Shown here in pieces: positions 59,695 through 64,000 of a stretch of DNA of 64,000 nucleotides. The notes beneath the pieces are model-generated. The model did no database searches. It was not told the origin of the DNA and saw nothing but the letters and a program-made list of their open reading frames with translations. The position numbers were made by a program, and so were the translations under genes. Every line of letters begins with the position of its first letter. The first letter of the stretch is position 1. The DNA comes from Planctomycetota bacterium (GTDB lineage Bacteria; Planctomycetota; UBA1135; UBA2386): assembly GCA_965223545.1 (NCBI GenBank), contig OZ245006.1:3264001-3328000 (forward strand), read 5' to 3'.

Positions 59695-60333
59695 ATGAGC
59701 ACTGCCACGATCGAGTTCACCGACGCAACGCATCGCACCGACGACGAATTGATGGAAACCATCCAGGCTGGGCATGGCGAGCACAGCCTGGCGGTGCTGC
59801 GCGAGCGGCACGGCGCGCGCGTGCGCAGCCTGGCGCGGCACATCCTGCACGACCGGCACTTGGCCGAGGACGTCTGTGAGGAGACCTTCAGCAAGGTCTA
59901 CCTGAAGTGCGACCTCTACCGGCCGCGCAGCAACTTCATCGCCTGGCTGCTGGAGATCACCCGCAACCAGGCACTGTCGACCTTGCGCTCGCATCGCCTG
60001 CTGCCGCGCACCGCGACCGCGTTGGCGGCCGACTCCGGCGTCGCCTCCGAGGACTTGCTGGACAACATCCGCGGCGGCTACCAGGACCGCCTGGTCGAAG
60101 AACGAGAGCTGATGGCCAAGTTCGACGAAGCGCTGCGCGAGTTGCCCGACGACTACCGGGTCCCGTTCCAGATGTGCGCCCGCGACGGCATGGAGTACCG
60201 ACAGGCCGCCGAGGCGCTCGACATCCCGACCGGCACCGTGGCGATCCGCATCATGCGCGCCCGCAAGCGGTTGTTCCGCGCGCTGAGCCGTCACATGGGC
60301 CGGATCCGGCGGCCGCCGGCCTGCTTCAACTGA
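59695..60333 (+). CDS. ECF sigma factor
   Basis: AEDVCEETF, FIAWLLEITRN, IPTGTVAIRIMRAR. Confidence 0.88.
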   Translation: MSTATIEFTDATHRTDDELMETIQAGHGEHSLAVLRERHGARVRSLARHILHDRHLAEDVCEETFSKVYLKCDLYRPRSNFIAWLLEITRNQALSTLRSHRLLPRTATALAADSGVASEDLLDNIRGGYQDRLVEERELMAKFDEALRELPDDYRVPFQMCARDGMEYRQAAEALDIPTGTVAIRIMRARKRLFRALSRHMGRIRRPPACFN

Positions 60334-60362
60334 GCGGGGTCAGCGCGTCGCCGGAAGTTCAG

Positions 60363-60962
60363 CGCGGCCGAGGCCGCAACCGAACACGGAGCATTCGGCG
60401 ACCCGAGCGTCGGTCGCGGGTCCCGCGGTCGCCGGCGGCCGCGCTGAGCCCAGAGGCCAGTGTTGTCTGCGAGCCTCCGGGAGCTGCGTTGTCGAAGTTC
60501 CAACGGCATCGAGCCTTCCGAGAGGTTGTTGCCGCGCGAAGATTTGCGGACCCTGAGGCTCATCGCGGCCGAGGCCGCAACCAAACACGGAGCATTCCGC
60601 GACCCGAGCGTCGGTCGCGGGTCCCGCGGTCGCCGGCGGCCGCGCTGAGCCCAGAGGCCAGTGTTGTCTTCGAGCCTCCGGGAGCTGCGTTGTCGAAGTT
60701 CCAGCGGCATCGAGCCTTCCGAAAGGTTGTCGCCGCGCGAAGACTTGCGGACCCTGAGGCTCAGCGCGGCCACGGCCGCAACCAAACTCGGATGCCGCTT
60801 TTGCCGGAGCGGTTTGGAAGGTCCGACCCATCCGCCGCCGCGCTGAGCACGGAGGCACTGTCTCTCCGAGCCTCCGGCGCGGCGGCGTTGTCGCCATGGC
60901 CGCGGCCTTGCCTCGAAAATGTTGTCGTAGCTCGAAGATTCGAGGCGCCGGAGGCTCAGCGC
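60363..60962. repeat. tandem array of structured 201 bp repeat units (two near-identical, one diverged)
   Basis: Units start at 60363, 60564 and 60765 (CGCGGCCNNGGCCGCAACC). A 14 bp inverted repeat GGCCGCGCTGAGCC/GGCTCAGCGCGGCC lies at 60638-60651 and 60758-60771. Confidence 0.9.
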
Positions 60963-63560
60963 AGTCTTTCGGTGACGTGCCCGGTCATGCGCACGGAACC
61001 GGAACCAGTCGCGATCACCGCCTGGGCGGAGATGCTCACGCCACGGAGCGCCGCGGCATTGGGAATCGCCAGCGGGATCGCCCGGCGGCCAGACGCCGGG
61101 ATCGCCAGCGGGGGAAGCGAGAGCAAGGGAGGCTGCAGGTAGAGCTGCCCCCAGCTCCCCAGTGGCAACGGCACCGGCGACAACGCAGTGCTCAGCAAGA
61201 CGAGGGCGGTGGCCGGCCCGCCGTAGCCCGGCTCGGAGAACACTTCGAAGTCGTGCACCGCACCGACTCGCGGATAGCGCGGTGCATCGAGCTGCCGGTG
61301 CAGGTTGACGTAGAGCCGGTCTTCGCCGTTGTTGGCCGCGACCAGATCGGCATCCCCATCACCGTCCAGGTCGGCCGCCGCGATGGCGTGGGTCTGGTCG
61401 CCATCGTCGTTGAAGCGCGCTGGCGCCTCGGTGAAGACGCCGCTGCCATCGTTGATCAACAGCCGATTGCGGCCGAGATCGCCGGCGGCAATATCGAGGT
61501 CGCCATCGTCATCGACGTCGGTCAGCAGCACGGTCCGCGTATCGCCGCTGTCGATCGGCAACCGCCCCGCGCTGGCGTCGATGAAGACGCCGGAACCGTC
61601 GTTGAGGTAGAGCTGATCGGCACCGCTGGTGCCCAGCACCAGATCGGTGTCGCCATCGCCATCGACGTCGCCGGCGGCCAACGCGTGGGTGTCGTGCGAT
61701 GCGGCGGGCATCCCGGTCGAGGGCGCAAAGCGGCCGGAGCCGTTGTTGCGGAACAGCCGACTCTGACCGCGGTTGCCGGCGACCACATCGAGGTCGCCGT
61801 CGGCGTCGGCGTCGAACAACGCCAACGCCCGCGTCTCGTCGCCGTCCGGCGGCAGGCCGTCGGGCAACCGGGCGAAGCGGCCGGCACCGTCGTTGGCATA
61901 GACCACGTTGCTGGTCACCGGCGACGTGGTGGCCGTGCCCGCGATGAAGTCCAAATCACCATCGGCGTCCAGGTCGCCGACCGCGAGCGAGGTGGTCCAG
62001 TCGACATCGACCGGCATGTGAGAGGAGGTGACGTCGACGAAGCCCGCCGCGCCATCGTTGAGGAACAGGCGGTTGCGACCGCCGGTGGGGCCGAAGCGAT
62101 TCGGCGTCGGCGGGTGGCCAAAGAGCAGATCCGCATCGCCGTCCCCGTCGACGTCGGCACCGGCGATCGCCGCGGTCGGCTCCCACCTCGACGGTAGAGA
62201 CCGCGCCGACAACAAGAGCCGCCCACCGTCATTGTCGTACAGACGATCCGGACGGGAAGAGTCGCCGATCGCGGCATCGAGGTCACCGTCCCCATCGATG
62301 TCCGCCAACACCACCGTTCGCGAGTCGAACGGCGTCCGCTCCGAGGGCTGCAGCCGCGGCTCGTCCGGCGCGGTGAAGCGCCCAGTGCCGTCGTTGTAGT
62401 AGGCGCGGTTGGGCGCCCCCCCGCCGACCAGCCCGCAGGCGGTGACCGCGTCGACGAAGCCGTTGCCGTCGAGATCAGCGGCGGCGATCGCCGCGGTGTA
62501 GTCGTACTCGACCGGCATGTGGGTCGACGTCACATTGACGAACCCGCCGCTCCCGTCGTTCAAGTAGAGCCCGTCCTGCCCGTTCCGGCTCGGCTCGTTG
62601 CCCCACAGCGCGTCGAGATCGCCATCACCGTCGACGTCGACCAAGGCCACGCCACGCGACGAAGCCGTGTCCACCGGGAACTGTGCGGCGGTCACATCGG
62701 TGAACACCAGCCCCCCGTCGTTGCGGTACAGCCGGTTCTGGTTCAGGCTGCCGATGGCAATGTCGGGGTCGCCATCACCATCGACGTCGCCCACGGCCAC
62801 GCAGAAGCTCGGATCGAACAGGATCGGCAAAGCGGTCGCCGTGGCATCTGTGAACGTCCCCGTGCCGTCGTTGGCGTAGATCCGGTCCTGCGTCGTCCCG
62901 CAGTTCGCCGCCACCAAGTCGAGGTCGCCATCGCCATCGAGATCGGCCGTCGTCAACCCGCAGACCGGGGCACTCTGCACCGGGATCGCTCCCGCGACGA
63001 CGGCGAAGCTGCCGCTGCCGTCGTTGACCAACAGGTCGAGCCCCTGGCCGAGGCCACTACCGATCGCCACGTCGACGTCGCCGTCCCCGTCGTAGTCGCC
63101 GACCGCGAGCGACTCGCCCGACTTCACCAAGGCGGGCATGCGCGCCGCGGTCACGTCGGCAAACACGCCCGCTCCATCGTTCAGATAGAGCCCGGGCGTG
63201 GAGTTGCGCCCCGTCGCCAGCACCAGATCGAGGTCGGCGTCCCCATCGACGTCGACGAGCTTCAGGTCGAACGTATCGAGCCCCGGAGGTCCCGGCAGCT
63301 GTTCGACGGTGGCGTCGATCAACCCTCCGCCACCATCGTTCAACCAGAGCCGGTTCCGGTCGCCGAACGCGTTGGCGACCACGACATCCACATCGCCGTC
63401 GCCGTCGACATCGCCGGTGGTGATGTCGTTGCTGTCGTACACGCCCAGCGGCGGGAAACGCTTGAGCGGCCAATCGCGAAACTGCTGCGCGCCGGCGGCG
63501 CCTGCCAAGAACAGGGCCGCGGGCACGGCCAGCGAGCAACGGGCGGCGAACGACATCATC
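60956..63560 (-). CDS. FG-GAP/VCBS repeat secreted protein with the shared C-terminal domain
   Basis: About 14 DxDGDGDxD...LYxNDGxGxF repeats; signal peptide ending AGAQQ. Confidence 0.9.
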
Positions 63561-63700
63561 GACCTCGGCGAGTAGGGCCCAGCCATCCTCGGCACCGGGC
63601 GCACACCGCGCCAGTACCTCCGGGACCACTGGTCGGGGCGGCCCCGGCCGCTGCGCGATTTCCGTTTCCCCGCGGCGAAACCGCCACGGCGGGGGGGGCC

Positions 63701-64000
63701 TCACGCCTGCGGCCCGAAGCGCGCGAGCACTGCCAGCGCAGATTTCCGTATCGGTCGCATCAGCGGGTTGGACAGAACCGCCAAGCAGCGTGCCACGAGC
63801 CGCGCCGTATCCGTCGCCAACGCCCGGCTGCGCTCGTGCCCGGGTGAGTCGTCGTGGATCCAGTACAGCACGATGCCCATGCTGTAGGTCCACAACAGCT
63901 CCGGCAGGTGTGGCGCCAGATCGCGCGGCACCTTGAGACGACTGCCGTCGATCACTTGACCGAACAGCGCGCACTCGCGCTCGCGCATCGGCCGCGCGTC
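63701..64000 (-). CDS. TetR-family regulator, C-terminal part (partial)
   Basis: LWTYSMGIVLYWIHDDS resembles a TetR C-terminal domain; frame is open to the window edge. Confidence 0.6.
   Translation of the reverse strand, partial: DARPMRERECALFGQVIDGSRLKVPRDLAPHLPELLWTYSMGIVLYWIHDDSPGHERSRALATDTARLVARCLAVLSNPLMRPIRKSALAVLARFGPQA

Noticed and set aside
59907..61142. Long ORFs with 67-aa repeats across the 201 bp array
   Set aside because: They overlap real genes, look like Arg/Ser/Pro-rich shadow translations and are open on both strands; better explained by the DNA repeat.
60956..63560. Recurring GACGGCGATGGCGAC-like DNA motifs
   Set aside because: They encode FG-GAP calcium-binding repeats; not an independent DNA repeat.

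Overview
GC-rich bacterial chromosomal segment. The gene content (ECF sigma factors paired with a Ser/Thr kinase or fused to extracytoplasmic domains, DUF1080, many secreted beta-propeller, FG-GAP and choice-of-anchor proteins) suggests Planctomycetota; this is inference. Recognisable systems: selenoneine genes senA-senB with no adjacent senC, a spondin/two-component cassette, a BlaI-M56 pair with TACA-N2-TGTA operators, a cNMP-domain aspartase, a Kef potassium efflux pair, rsgA, and a full cbb3 oxidase cluster with fused ccoNO. No rRNA, tRNA, CRISPR array or transposase was found. The four most promising unexplained signals are: (1) an EctR-like MarR, degenerate P-II, Na+/solute symporter, ATCase-like enzyme lacking the aspartate-specificity motif and asparagine synthetase in one operon, a candidate pathway for an N-carbamoyl amino-acid amide osmolyte; (2) a shared C-terminal domain of about 110-135 aa on eight otherwise unrelated proteins, a candidate lineage-specific sorting or anchoring signal; (3) a family of structured ~200 bp non-coding repeats, tandem at 60.4-61.0 kb, with a dispersed copy at 9.1-9.3 kb that coincides with a truncated gene; (4) a His-Me finger nuclease that appears to carry a large helical insertion. 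Two genes carry single frameshifts that may be assembly errors. All calls come from reading the sequence and motifs by eye; no searches were run.
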